Translations under genes and position numbers: made by a program | Notes under the pieces: model-generated | Told to the model about the DNA's origin: nothing | Seen by the model: the letters and a program-made list of their open reading frames with translations, nothing else | The model's database searches: none | Assembly (NCBI RefSeq): GCF_009834535.1 | Contig: NC_045697.1 | Span: 20,648,001 to 20,712,000 of the forward strand | Reading direction: 5' to 3' | DNA: 64,000 nucleotides | Source: Camelus ferus | Lineage: Eukaryota | In this document: in pieces, positions 1 through 13,445 of the stretch | Layout of the letters: every line of letters begins with the position of its first letter | Position numbering within the stretch: position 1 is the first letter of the stretch

Positions 1-59
1 TTCAGTAAACTTTTATTAGCTGAGTGCTACTTTCCTTTTTGAACTCAGCTTCTACCATA

Positions 60-430
60 ATTCCTTCCTTTCTTATGGCAACCAAGCTGCACTAGTTTTT
101 CTGCTGTTCTTAAAACACATCAAACTCATCCCCATCTCAGGACCTTTCCATGTTTTATTCCATGAGCCTGAATTGTGCTCCCCGATATATTCAAGAGGAT
201 TGTTCTCCTTGTCATTCAATTTGCTGCTTAAATATCATGTTCTCAAGAAGGCCAAGCCCCAGCCCCAATATCTAAAGCAACACACCACACCAACACTCTG
301 CCTTCTGCACAGTGCATGTAGCCATCTAGCACTTCAATAGTATTTTTCTGTATCCCCCATGAAAAGAGAAACTCACTGAGCACAAGGATTTGGTCTATAT
401 TGTTGTCTTATATTTCTATCTCTGACTGCA
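60..430 (+). mobile_element. L2 LINE 3' fragment
   Basis: catctcaggacctttccatg, ctgcttaaatatcatgttctcaagaaggcc and gagcacaaggatttggtct follow the L2 3' consensus in order. Confidence 0.7.
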
Positions 431-454
431 TTTGCTGATTTATATTTGTGGCCA

Positions 455-900
455 AAAAACATATGAAAAATTGTTCAATGCTATTCATGGTTTGAGAAAT
501 AAACACCAAGATCATAATGCATATCCTACACAATAAATTGGTTAAAAAAATAAAAATTGTGGTAATATCAAGTATTGGAGAGACTGTCAAACACAGGCTC
601 TCCTATATTGATGACCGAGTGGAAGTGTTTGCAAACATTTTGAGTAACAGTTTGACAGCATCCCCTAAAATTAAACTTCACATAAAACGGGACACAGAAG
701 TTATATTCCAATTCGTGCATATAAAAGAGGAGACATGGGCAAGACTGTTCTTGGAAAAAGCAGGAAATAACCCAATTTTCCATCAGTGTGAGAGAGAATA
801 AATAAACAGTGATCTATTCACACACGTAAAAAGTGACACAGAACTCTAAGTGAATGGTATATGGGTCAGAATTATCAACATAATTAAGCTGCATAAACCA
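455..900 (+). mobile_element. Ancient L1 (L1ME-like) ORF2 end / 3' UTR
   Basis: aaacatatgaaaaattgttcaatg, ggtaatatcaagtattggagag and aacagtttgacagcatc match the L1M ORF2 C-terminal region. This explains ORF 517-801. Confidence 0.65.
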
Positions 901-1249
901 TTACTCTCACTCTTTTGCTGATATCCTGAATTCAATAAATAATCAATATAAATCCATCAGGCCTCCTCCATATCTCATGAATCCTTACACTGGTCTTTAC
1001 TTTGAATGTCCTCACTGTAATTCATTGTATCAAAATATTTTGCATAAATTAATGGAAAAAATCCTCTTAGATTTCCTCTTAAATCACTCCCCATCTTCTC
1101 TGCCATGAAGTCCAAATTCAATCGTTTGCATTTTGTACTTTGTGTACCTGTCTAGTTATTTGTCCCTTCCCAGTCTGTAATCTAGGCTTACTAAAAAAAT
1201 TTACTTACATGATTTTGCCATTCCAGAATATTTTTACTTTTTCACCATT

Positions 1250-1625
1250 AGAATTGCTGTTTCTTCTACTTCAAATACACCATCAATAGTTCATCATCTC
1301 TGGAAAATATGTCTTCCATAAATTTAAGATCTCAGCTTAGCATTTTAGCTTGGACATCACTTTAGCTCTGAGCTCTTCCTTATCCTACTAAAGAACAGAT
1401 TCTTGTCCTTCCTATTTGTATCAAACTGCCCTTCCTCCATGAGACCACATCACATATATTACCCCTTTACTTGGTCGTATTCTTCACTAAATAAAGCCTT
1501 AATGAAGCTTAATCTATAAGATTAATCACAGAAAATGACTCCTATTTGTGGTCATATTCCTGATTTTTGGCAAGGTGCCTGGTACACAGTCATCCTTCTG
1601 TGTATTTGTTAAATTAATGAACAAA
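1250..1625 (+). mobile_element. L2 3' fragment
   Basis: Ends in aaggtgcctggtacacagtca...tatttgttaaattaatgaa, the L2 terminus. Confidence 0.5.
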
Positions 1626-2684
1626 GGAAAAGAGAAGTTTGAATCACAATGTGCAAATTTTTGTATTTGCATGTGGGTAAAGCAAAATATCTTGTGAACT
1701 CAAGTGCCTAAATGTGTTGAATGAATATATTAACCTCTCCTTGCCTGGAGTGCTCAAATTACTTCTATTTCTGTTGATACATATTACATATTTTTAGTTC
1801 TTTAAATATCCTGATATAAGTTTTGGGGTAATTTTTACATTTTTAATAATGGCTGGAAAATTGGGAAAGTAGGAAAAGCCTCTGGGTAATGCTCCATAAT
1901 ACTAACTAAAGTGATAATTGATCAAATGTTTATATGCAGCTGTTTTACAAATAAATGAAAAAGTACTTTGCAAATAGTAAAATACCATGTAAAATTAAGA
2001 TGTATTTACTCAAAGTGTACCAAGTACTAAATATATCTACTTTATTTCTCATTGTAAAACTAACAATCTAATTGTGTATACAAAAATTAGAACCACACAG
2101 CAAATATGTGAGATATAGGAAGTAAGGGCTAGAAAAATATTTACATGGGGAAAATCTCAGTATTGTCTAGAGAATAAAGACTTGAGAAGGACTGAACATA
2201 CTGTGAGCTTTAAACCGTAACCTGAGCAAAGTGTGGTTTTGGATACACCAACATAGAAAGGGCTAAGGGCAATTCAAGTGGCAGGGGAGCATTTTATTAA
2301 GCAAATGCAAAAAGAAAGATTTAGAATATCCTGTGTCACAATTAAGCTGTCAAGTCTCTGAATGGAGATGGTTGACAAAAATACTAGCAAACTCCTTTTT
2401 GATTTAGTACTGGATAAAGGACAACCTGAATAGAGTTTGGGAATTACAGTTTGCTTTGGCTCCCTGCATACCCTGGAACTCAGCTGCTGCTTCAGGGCAC
2501 AATTCAATTAATACTTTCCAAGGGCCTAATTCAGTAATTCAATGAATGGGAGTCAATCTTTGTCATTGTGCATGTGGCTCGTAAATTCTCTAGAATTTAA
2601 AAAACTTTACTGACGTATATTAAAATGTAGAGATGGATATATGAGTTATTTTCTCCCAATGGCAGCAAAGGCTCAGTGGTCCGT

Positions 2685-2775
2685 AACAATAGGGAGATTT
2701 TCTGTGTTGTTTCACTGCTGAATCTCTAGGGTTGGCACATAGCAAGCAATCAGTAAGTTTATGCTGAATAAATGT
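2685..2775 (+). mobile_element. L2 3' terminus
   Basis: tgtttcactgctgaatctctagggttggcacatagcaagcaatcagtaag...gaataaatg. Confidence 0.65.
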
Positions 2776-5014
2776 AAGAATATACACTGAATTTATAATT
2801 TCATTTACATATTATGAATCAATTAAAGGAAAAGAAGGGATATCTGGGTTTCAGAATAAGTAATTTTATATAAGAACTCTTTTTGATAGTTTGATGATTG
2901 CTCATTTATTGTATGTTAAGACTTCAGTAATATGGTGGAAAAAGTAGGAAGAATTCAGAAATATCTGGGGATGAGGAGGGAGGAGAAGAAAAATGAGCAA
3001 TTCATAGAAACTATTTCTTAAGAAGTATCTGACTGTCCATAGGATAATCCAGGGCTCACAGAAAACACATGATTGGGTAAAACAATAGACTAAAGGAATT
3101 CAACCTAGATTCAGTACGTGGTAACCGATGGGTACACGTGGCAAGAAACATAGTAGCATTGAGAAAGAGAGGGTCATTCTAATATATATATATATACATA
3201 GCAATATCCTAGACAATGATTGTTGCTGTTCAGCAAAGTTCAATCCCTCTGGATCAGGAAGAGGGAAGCAGGACAATGTTTATGGTGGACTATAGTCCTC
3301 ATAATTAACTAGAGTCACAAGCAGCAAATCAGAAGTAGAACAGACCTGTAGCAGGATGTACGCCAGGAACACAGGGTATCAGATCACAAAGGTAACTTAA
3401 GTGACTAGATCTTAGATGTGAGGCTGAAAGTTCTAAAATACATTCTACGTGAGCTAATTAAAATTAATTCAGATTCTGCAAATTTTTCAGCTAAAAGAGC
3501 TAAGGAGAGCAGCTATTCACTTTTTCTTTGTTAAATTGAAAATAAAGTGCTCTCCAGGAGAATGGAGCCCCTGCTAAGCTGTAATGTCTTTGGGATTTAC
3601 ACTAGATGGTATACAGAGATTTATGCATATAAACTCAGTAAATGGGAGAGCTACACTAGCCACAGTAACTTTTCTAATATTGAAATACCCATATTAATTA
3701 ATTAATTACTTTTATTCATTTATTCTAAATTTTATATGATCAATTATTAAAAAGCTAAATCTTAGTTTTATAGATATATGTCTATTTCCTTTAAAAAAAA
3801 AAAAAGATGTGTATGTACTTTTCATACAGTGATTAGCCCAAGATATTTTCCTAAGCTATGGACCTACATTACAAAAAGTGCTAGCAGAGAACTTCGAAAG
3901 CAATTAGATAAAAGTTAGAATTAATTTAAAAAAAAGACAGACTTGACAACATAAAAGTAAAAATTCTTTTGTTGTAAATTCTTCTAAAATAGGGCATTGC
4001 AAGCAAATGGGAGAAATTTTAAAAATGAAATAAAAGCAAGAAATGGAGGGATAGGTGGGATGGTTTTAGTTGCATAATATAAATTAGAATCCAGGATCTG
4101 AGAAGTTTAACCAGGTTAAGTCTAGGATCTCAGGGAAGGTGAGCTAAGTAAGTGAGATTAGATTAGTTCTACAACAGACCAAAAAGAATAGTTCTATAGA
4201 AGGACCCAAAGAGAAACACAGTACCACAATCCAGTGAGACGTCCATCCCAAAGACCAGAGGGCAGAGACGTTGAGACTGAGATAAAATACTGAAGAATGA
4301 CACTCTTGAGTAAATATATGCCCAGTTATAGCCAAAGTCTGTCAGTTGACCTTAGGTAGAGGCATCATATTCCTTGATATGGAAAGACAAAAGTGGTAGG
4401 ATTACTCTTCATTGCTGGAAAACTATACACAGTGCTCACATCTAGTGAATACAGCATAGGCAGATGGGCAGGTCATTTAAAAAACTGTGACATGACCAGG
4501 AAGAGAGATAATCCCACAGGAAGGAGACTCACCCAGGTTTAGTCTAGGGCTGCATCTCCATATTGCATTAGCTCTGAACATTTGCAAATAAGTGCTTTGC
4601 GACTGAGATGGGAAGTGTGAAGGCAGGTGGTGATATGAGGATGGGAACATTTCACCTGTCTTATGTGTTTGAGAACACTGAGTCAAGGAAAACTAAAACA
4701 TGTCTTAGTTACTAGAGCTTACAAAGCCCGTCATATCTTCAGGCACATCATCAATCTCCGGGAGTGAAATAGCCTACCTAGGCCCTGCTAAACTTAATTG
4801 ACCACAGGCTTAGTTTTCTTCGTAGACCATCTTGTAGAACTGTCAAGTATGCAATGCATTCTGGAAATTGCTGGGTTGGGAAATTAACAAAATTATTTTC
4901 GTAGTTTGGAAAGTATGACTTGAAGTAAGATAAATGTCAAGATATATGAACACAGGAACAGAAAAACAGGCAAAAGTCTTAGCAAAGCAGGTTGGTTCAG
5001 AATCAGTCAATTTA

Positions 5015-5115
5015 CATCAATTCAATCATTTATTAAATTCTTATTTTGTAGTCTAACACTGTGCTAGGCATAACAATGAGAACAATAAGACATTGCCTCT
5101 CCTCTCAAACGTTTT
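5015..5115 (-). mobile_element. L2 3' terminus
   Basis: ttcaatcatttattaaatt...aacactgtgctaggca...aagacattgcctctcctctca is the reverse of the L2 tail. Confidence 0.6.
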
Positions 5116-5187
5116 AATTAACAACAAAATTAAGAATTGATATTTTCATTAGTTTTCGATTAGTATTCATTATTATTCTATTTAGTT

Positions 5188-5290
5188 TTAATGTTCACAA
5201 CAATTCCACAAGGTAAGAATTATTATCCTTATTTTATATTTGAAGATTCTATCATTAAATAACATATCTGAGGCCATATATCTAATGCAT
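5188..5290 (-). mobile_element. MIR SINE fragment
   Basis: ttcacaacaattccacaaggtaagaattattatccttattttata, reverse MIR core. Confidence 0.6.
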
Positions 5291-5424
5291 GTGATATATA
5301 TATCTATATCTACTTGCTAACCTGTGTGTAAAGAAAAAGCAGTAGAAGCAGGATAGTAATGAGAGGAAAACAAAATATCATTCTCTGAGTTATTTATGTT
5401 TTCTGTTCATTTTAGACAGAGGTT

Positions 5425-5628
5425 GACTCATTTGAACTTCAATCTTTCAGAAACACTCTAAATGTATACTGTCAGCCCTATTTTACATAGCAGAAAGTGC
5501 AAGCTGGAAATCCTTACTAATAAAAGTTTGCTGATGGTAATAAAACACATAGTTAGTAGGGCTGTGTTTATACCCAGATCCCCAGATCTACTGAGTCCAA
5601 ATCTCTTGTTTCCACTGCATTATTGTTT
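5425..5628 (-). mobile_element. MIR SINE
   Basis: ctcatttgaa, ccctattttacatagcagaaa and gagtccaaatctcttgtttccactgcat in MIR order. Confidence 0.6.
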
Positions 5629-6019
5629 CCTGAATATGACAAAACCAGTAAGGGTGGTATGAATTTGAGCAGGAAGACTGAAGAGGAAAGAGCCCCAATC
5701 CTTGTAAGAAAATGGGAAATAAAATTGATCTGAGACATTGAAATCTGAGGTTTGTAGCAATGTCTTGTCTCTCCGTCTGTTCATTTTTGGATCTTGACTG
5801 GGAGAAGAAAGGGCTCAGTGTCTTCAAGTCATTGCTACTTTTCTACTCCTCCTCCCACACTTCCAACTTTATGGCAAGATTTTGTTAAAAAAAAAATCAC
5901 TGAACATCTACCCATTAAAATGCTCACAGGTAAAGAAGTGTGCACTCCACAGTGATGACAGCCATCGTGTGTCATATTTTCTATTCCAGCACTAACTCTA
6001 AATTCATACAAAATAACTG

Positions 6020-8393
6020 TGTATGAATCATGATAGATTAACTTTTGTAACAACAACAATAAAATAAGTGGAATTAAATAGTAAAAGTTTATTTTTTACT
6101 CATGAAGAGTTTAACACAGAGTTTAACACATGGATGCATGTCTGTCCTTCAAGCAGTGACCCAAACTCAGGCTTTTTTTGCTCATTGGCTCTACTGTACC
6201 CTTGGAATTTTACCGTTCTCCAGTGGATATTTGACATTTGGCCACTACACCACATCAGCCAGGAAGCAGTCACGTGATTCCAAGGGTGACTGGGAAAGGT
6301 AGATTAGCTCTGTGCTTAAGAGTAAAAGGAGAATCATCTGGTGAGCAATTAGCCAGAGTCTGCCACATCCCACCTTTCCTGACATAAAATGTCTGCTTCC
6401 CACCTCTTGCACAAATATAGCAGACATCTTTTACCCAAGAGATGTGTCAATCAGGGCTGATCAGGAAATTGAAATCTCTCCAGAGTTTATAAAAGAAGAA
6501 ATGACTTCATACAGGGAAACATATGTTTAAAACAATTAAAAAGCTGAAGCACAAATGTCAGGGATAATTGCTGCTGACTTTGGCAAATGCAGAAAGTTTC
6601 TGATTTGAAGTAGCCACTGTCATGATTGCATTTGATCATAGCACCAGTAGTCTCTATATGCCAACTCAAAAGCTGCTCAAAATTCATGTGTGCTGTCTTC
6701 CTACACAGCTTTCTTTCTCATGAAAGTGTCTCTTATCACTCGTGGAATCTAAACCAGATCTCTCTGGCAAGGAAAGCTGAGAAATATAATTTGCAAGAGC
6801 GTTGCCTCTATTGCACAGAGACAAAGTAAGAAAAGCACAGAAGTTTGCAAGGTATCAACAGACAGTAGTTGGCACAGGAAAAAAAAAAATTTAAGAAGGA
6901 TCTCATTGAGTGATTATAGCCATTTCTAAGTGTAAGGTTTTATGGGGATTATTCACACATTGCTCTTTGTGGTTTGGCATGATATAGACTAAAAAGACAA
7001 ATTATTTTAGTTCTTCCACCCACTCCCTAACAAGGAACTCATTATGTAATGACTTCAAACTCTAGTTTGAAAAAAAGAAAGAAAGGGGAACACAGAGGAG
7101 AATACTAATCCACAGTGATACTGGAATCCTGCTGGGCGTGGGGATGACAGCCTTTTCAATGAAACACTGATGCTACTCTCTGCTAGGCACTGTGTTCCTT
7201 GCTCTTCATGACCTCTGGCTTTACCCTTATGTATTACTCTATTTGGCTGCATCAGAAGCAAGCCCCGTAAAGTAAATTTTCTGATGGTATTGCACTGCAT
7301 TGACAGAGAACTTACTGCTGGAGCAAATTCATGGCCCCTGCAATTGCCTTTCAAGTAAACAAGTGGTTTTTAGGCATGGCCTTGGTTCTTTAGACCACAA
7401 TTAACAAAAAACTTGGTATGTGTTGGAATTAATTGTTCCTAATCAGTTCAGTGTGTCAATCATCAGACTTGAAGTGTTTTTCTTTTTCCCTCTAGACTTA
7501 ATGTTCAAGACTGATTTATTGTTTATCATCATGGCACCCATCTTCCATAACCTAAAGGAGTTGTCTTGAAGTTATCGGATCTATCTGGAGGCTATCTGGA
7601 TGTTATCTAGGATAGGTCTGAATGGGCACATCCTTAATCTGATCTTTGATCCACGGCTGAATCTTAATAAGTTCTTTGCCACTCAGAACCATCCTCAGTC
7701 TTATCTCTTACTGCTTGAGTCTAAAAGCAATCAGCGTTTCTAGCCCTGCAAGGCCCCATGTTTCTAGTCATTTGCTACTCACTTTCATTTATGTTTTTCA
7801 ACTGGCCAGTTCCTATATGAACTCATCTCCATCTAATTATATTGTGTGATACATACCCATAAAGCCAACACACAGTCTAAACTTCTGCTTTCTATCCTTT
7901 GCCCCGAGAGCTTCAATGGACACATGGTCTGACATCCACATCATTGTGGGTGATTTTGACTATGTGATTTAGTACATGCTTTAATTTAGTTGTAGGTCAC
8001 ATTGGTAGCCTACTTCTGTATTAGTCAAAATATATTAAATAATACAGCAAACAATCATACTTTGTCCATGGTTTTAGCACAATACTGTCTTAACTTCTAG
8101 TCCAGCATATATTGGCAGTCCTCCAAGACAGCTGTTTTGTAGCCAATGATTAAGAGACTTCAGAGGTTGGATGTGATGGAACCTCTCCTTTGGCCTTAAA
8201 GTCTTCCCCTGGGTTTTCTGCAGAGCAGAGGGGGGATAAGAACAGATCATTGTGCTAGAAATCTGCACTTGTAACATGTGGCAGAACACAGCTCCTTGAT
8301 CTCTCCTGTTGAGGAGGATGGGCTAGGTAGTTTATTCATGTTCAGAGAAGAAAAATAGATATTTGTGTGAAAAATTAACTGATTTCTATAACA
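6020..8393 (-). mobile_element. Two-LTR MaLR provirus, MLT1J/K-like (3' LTR 6020-6367, internal 6368-8016, 5' LTR 8017-8393)
   Basis: The left LTR ends gcaattagccagagtctgccaca, the reverse of the MLT1J start. The adjacent tcccacctttcc reads GGAAAGGTGGGA on the minus strand, a polypurine tract. The internal part carries MLT-int motifs (ccctgcaaggcccc, actggccagttcc, acatggtctgacatcc). ggtagcctacttc|tgtattagtc is the typical MaLR internal/LTR junction. Confidence 0.75.
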
Positions 8394-9489
8394 AGATGTA
8401 TCTTTTAAATGCTCAGAATAAAGTCAAGTTTATTATACATGAAGAATAGGTGTAAAAAATGAGGCCATATTTTACAAAGAGACACATATGTAAGTGGTTG
8501 TTATTTATAAAAAAATACCGCCATGGTAAAATGTACAATCCTTTTACTGCTACTAAAATTACGTAATCAATTTTAGATTTCCTTTTTAATTTTTAACTTT
8601 TGGGTAACTTGTAAAACCACATAAGGGAATCATTGATTACTTTATGATGATGATTTGAAACTGTCAAAATTTCCCTTTGCTGTAGTTTATACAGATAATG
8701 TTTACGTAAATAGATTTTACCAATGGAATAAACATCATCCAAATGAAAGCTGTATGGTTAGAAAAGAAGCTTCCATTAATAAATCTGTATGTGTTTTTAG
8801 TGGGTTTCATTTTCAGTAAAAGCCTGCATGCATTGCAAATAACTTTGTAAAAGAAAGAAAGTTTAGAAATAAACTTTGATATAGTTATTAAGCTTTTACC
8901 ATTGTCAGCCTATTCTTTGAAGAATTGAAAGTGCTTTGAAATGACAAGTTTCTCTTCTAGCTTAGCAGGGGTGCTGAGTCAGACTGATTTTTTCTTTTTT
9001 GGTGAAATGACAAGATATAGTTAGAAAATATTGTTTTAAATTTGGTAGCTAGACTAACTCCATATTCTGTATGAAAACTTATATTCAAATTTTCAAAAGA
9101 AAGGTTGGTTGATAGCCATACTTCTTTGTAGTATTAAATAGAATATATGCAAGTGACTAAACTTTGTAATTCAAAGTAAAGCATCAGATCTTTAGATGAT
9201 TTGGCCTTGTTATATCAGTTAGGAGTGACATTGATTTAGAAGGCCACCATAAGTGTCAATAATAACACAAACACACACATACACAAATACAAAAGAAACT
9301 ACTCCAAAAATTACAATTTTCAGAGAAAAAGAATGATTAAAAATGCCAGATTTACCAGACTAAGATATAGAATACAAGAATTTGAATCAAAATTCTGCAA
9401 CATATTGTTTGATCTTATAAATGCCATGTAAGAATTCTAAACCCTCGTTGAATAAACTTAACAATGGAAATATATCTCTTTTGCCAAAC

Positions 9490-10740
9490 ATATTGTCATG
9501 AATCTTAGATCCACAAACATGGCAAGGGCTTATTTTATATCAAGCACTTTTGAAAATGAATAACATCTAGAGATAGATAAAGATTTTTACTTTTCAGAAA
9601 TCACAGTCTTGTATGAAGGAGCAGAAGACAGCCAATGATTATAATGGATCTTGGTGTGCTATGATGACACTTAGAGAAGGACGGAGAAGGAAGGCCTGGA
9701 AGTAGCCTTGGTGGAAGTGGACACATGTTCCCAGGAGGGAATGCTGTTGCAGCTGCTTCTCAGTGAAAAAGTAGATGTGTCCAAAGAGGAGAAGAAAGAG
9801 GATATTTCAAGCACAAGAATAATGTGAACAAAGGCGTTAAAAAATGAAGGTTCTGAATACATTTAGAAGAGGACTAATATGTTCTGTCTGATTCAGTGGC
9901 TTTGAAGAGAATTCAGGAGTTTGATTACATTAAGTCTTGATGATAAGTTTGGGAAGTTGATGAAAAGTTTGTTTCTGAAAATCACTGGAGCTCAAGAAAG
10001 GATTGTAAGACAGACGTGTGACAGACGTACATTTATGAAGAAGCATTCAGCATAAGTGAGACAGTTGGAAAAGGGTAAGAATGAATTCAGAGAGACCAGT
10101 TCGGAAGCTACTGTATCCAGGTAAGGTGATGTATAAGCCTGGAACAGAGACTGGGATAAATACAGAAAAGAGACTGAAATGAAATAAATGTAAGATTATG
10201 ATCCAGGCCTTAGACATGGGAAGAAATGGATGCTCATATTCCCTTCTTCTTACTTGAGCAGCTACACAAAGAAGGGGGCTATTTACCTATATGGAGAAAT
10301 CAAGATGAAATTGCAAATTTTGAGAGAGTTTAGTGATTCATTTGGAGGAACTATTCTTGAATATATTATTGTGAACTTCGAAATGCACCTTGATAGGGAT
10401 GTAGAGTCATGGCATGTGCATTTGGATGCTGTTAAATACATGCACTGGGATTAGGTTGCCCCGGAAGCAACTCCAGAGATGGACAGAAGGGCTCCAGATA
10501 TTATATTTTATAGGAAGTGCCACTATCATTTAAAGAGGGCAGCAGAAAAGAGATGACAAAGATTCAGCCAGGGAAGGAATGACAAGTAAGGTGGAAGAGA
10601 GGGATAAGGTGATCTTATGGAAGTCAAGAGAAAACTGTGGTTTAGATAGATTTTCAGGATTCCGTTCTGCTGGAAAATTATATAAGAGTTAAAATGTATC
10701 TACTGCACCTTAAAATAAAGAATGCATCGGAAGTCTTGCA
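9490..10740 (-). mobile_element. Long L2 fragment (3' end into ORF2)
   Basis: Purine-rich reverse L2 motifs: atcacagtcttgtatg, ttcccaggaggga, gagagaccagttcggaagctactgtatccagg, tcttatggaagtcaagagaa. Confidence 0.7.
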
Positions 10741-10970
10741 TTTATATGATAATCTGCATGTGTACACATCAAAATGTGCTCATTTAATGAGAGGAGAAGT
10801 AAAAAAGCTTTCATCGCATTTTTACACCTATAAAGAAAAGTGGACATTCAGGTACAATCATTTAATGTGAACTTACAAAATTAAATAAATCCATATTTTG
10901 TTGATAAGCCTACAATGGCCTTAATTCTTTCATTATGGATAATTTGTAGACCCTGTAGATCCTATATTTC

Positions 10971-10990
10971 AGAGAGAGAGAGAGAGAGAG
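10971..10990. repeat. (AG)10 microsatellite
   Basis: Read directly. Confidence 0.95.
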
Positions 10991-11414
10991 AATAAATGAA
11001 TGAATATCAAGCGCATTAATTTTCCACAAATCCTCCAGACATATATGGAACATAAATCTATTTGCATCACTCTCTTGTAAAGACATTGACATCAATGTGA
11101 GTTTTATTCAATCCTCATTTAAGTTTAAAATAATCTACCTGCTAAGGGACTTATTTATTTTTGCCTTGGGATAATCATAAAAGCATCAATCCATCAAGAT
11201 TTCAATTTATGTGGGAAAATATATTCATTTCCATTACTACAATTCTAGCAATTCCCAAGTTATGATTAGAAGTTATAAATAGGCTATGTCCCCTCAATTA
11301 ATTTGTGTTTTATCTCATAATCCATTTTTTCACAAAAAAATGTGATAAAGGTTGTTTTAGTTCTCTAAACTAACTCACAAAAATGCCTATGAATGACACT
11401 GAGTAAATTCAAAT

Positions 11415-11635
11415 AGTAGTTAACATTTTTTGATTACTAACATGCTAAGTGTCCTACAAATATGAGTACTTTAATCTTAATAACAATTCTGTGGTGTATG
11501 TACTATTTTTTCCTATTTCGTTGATATATAACAAAAGATAGAGAAGTAATTAACTTGTCTAAAGATACATAGCTTCTGAGATGTTGACCTGCGACTAGAA
11601 TCTTGGATCTTATTCTAAAGCATATATTTATGTCA
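11415..11635 (-). mobile_element. MIR SINE
   Basis: tttaatcttaataacaattctgtgg...agagaagtaattaacttgtctaaagatacatagct. Confidence 0.7.
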
Positions 11636-11639
11636 TTAT

Positions 11640-11900
11640 AAAACTTTTACTATAGATAAATTTCAAAATGTATCAAAGTAGAAATAAAAGTATAATTAAT
11701 CCCCTATGCAGCCATCATTCAGCTTCAACGGTTCTTATCTCATGATCAACGTTTCATCTGTATCACCACTAAACCACCCCCTCCTCCACCTTCTCTGTAT
11801 TATTTTGAAGCATTCCACACAGCATGCAGTTTCATCTTAAGATTTTGCTCTATCTCTAGAATATTTCATTTTAACATAGCTCTAATAGTATCATTCCATG
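11640..11900 (-). mobile_element. L1MC-like 3' end
   Basis: aaatttcaaaatgtatcaaagtagaaataaaagtataattaatcccctatgcagccatcattcagcttcaac and tattattttgaagca. Confidence 0.7.
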
Positions 11901-11909
11901 ACTCTACAA

Positions 11910-12190
11910 AAGAGTTTCACAAAGTGTATGTGCTCTGCCTGAAGTCATGATAAAATATATGTCATGTGCAATACCTTGATTAATGAAGTTCAGAAAATTC
12001 TGGGTCAATAGAATTTAAATACATTTATTTTAAGACATCTCATCTTTACTAGTATTGTTAATATGTAGCTTTAGTAGGCCTTCTAAACTAATAAGTAGGA
12101 TACATAGTGTATAATATCCCCAGAAATCATTTATCTATTGAATGTTTTCCCTAACAGAAGAAATTTCTTTCTGCAAACTTGAAAGAATAC
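11910..12190. mobile_element. hAT-Charlie MITE, MER103C-like
   Basis: Termini agagtttcacaaagtgt ... aaactttgaaagaatac are decayed inverted repeats. Internal aagttcagaaaattctgggtcaa and atcatttatctattgaa match the family. Confidence 0.55.
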
Positions 12191-12392
12191 ACATCCATAC
12201 ACACCCATGTTGGGAGTTTGTGTGTGTTTATAGATGTATGTATGTATACATGTATAAACACACACATATTCATATATATATGTTTATAATCATATGTAGT
12301 ATCTTACTCTTTATCATAACTTATCAGTAAATTCAGTGCATTTGAATAAGACTTAAGTTTTTACCAAGAAGATAAAGAGAAGTTTGCAAGGT

Positions 12393-12395
12393 AAA

Positions 12396-12434
<39 letters not shown>

Positions 12435-12437
12435 AAA

Positions 12438-12468
<31 letters not shown>
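12393..12468. repeat. Compound A/(TA)n/(CA)n microsatellite
   Basis: A-run, (TA)n, (CA)n, then a second A-run, (TA)n, (CA)n. Read directly. Confidence 0.95.
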
Positions 12469-13324
12469 TGAAAAACAGAATGGAAAACAGAGCATCACAC
12501 AATGGCTGCTAGCCTGTCATGGGAAAGAAACTCTGATTATTTCTAATATGCAATTCATATGTTTTTTGTATATAGCCCACAGCCCATTGGATGGCCCAAC
12601 ATGACATTACAACTTTTAAGACATTTGAGGGCAATCTTCTGCATGATTCAAGTTTGTATTATCAGCTGTGATTAGCACTGTGTCTTGGACATAGAGTCCT
12701 GGGAAAAATTATCAATTTGTGAATTTATTTACTATTATGTTAAAGAGTAGATTTTCAAGTGCTTTGGGGAAAAACATACTGTGAGCTTTGTCTTTATTGA
12801 ACTTGATTCATGAAGAGACTGGGCGCATAAAACATTCTATTGCTTAGCCAAATCTTCTGGAAGAGACTCCCTGAGAAATTACCTTTTCTCAGGTATATTA
12901 GTTCCTCTTTGTGCCTCAGGAGAGGCAATTTACCTTTCAAGTATGAAGAACTTGCTTTGAGAAAGTATTTTACTCATTCTGACTCCTTGGAAGATTGGGC
13001 CAGATTTAAAGAAATTACGTTTTATTTTTAGCAGATGAGGGTCAAATGTGACCAACACCACATGGATCTTGCAAGGATTACCTGTTTTATCTCATTCATT
13101 CTACATCTTATGCAATTCCTGTATCCCTGTCAAGACATAAAACTCTTAAATAATCCCAAGAATTTACTCCATTATTATAATTGAGTACATATTGAAAATG
13201 AGTTGGGAACTCATTTCCATTTTGCACAGTTGCTGACTATGTAAATTCAAAAGTGTACTCCATTTTTGTATGTTCCACAGTTATAAGGTAGTTTCAGAGA
13301 CATCTTATTTAAAATTTAGGATAG

Positions 13325-13445
13325 TTCTTTGAAATGAGACTAGAGTGAACATAAGTGATTTTTTTCAAGGTCATCTGAGAGTCAGAGTCACATTTTGAAA
13401 TCAGGACTTCTAACCCCAGGTTAGTTTGGTTTCCATAGCACTATC
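13325..13445 (-). mobile_element. MIR fragment
   Basis: aagtgatttttttcaaggtcatc...tttgaaatcaggacttctaacccca. Confidence 0.6.

Noticed and set aside
3020..4720. Purine-rich stretches that may be very old LTR (MamGyp-like) remnants
   Set aside because: I could not match diagnostic motifs or termini with enough confidence to annotate them.
6839..12393. Identical 16-mer agaagtttgcaaggta at 6839 and 12378 (similarly ttttcagggttactg near 23400 and 54680)
   Set aside because: A few 15-16-mer repeats are expected by chance in 64 kb of AT-rich DNA, and similarity extends little or not at all beyond them.
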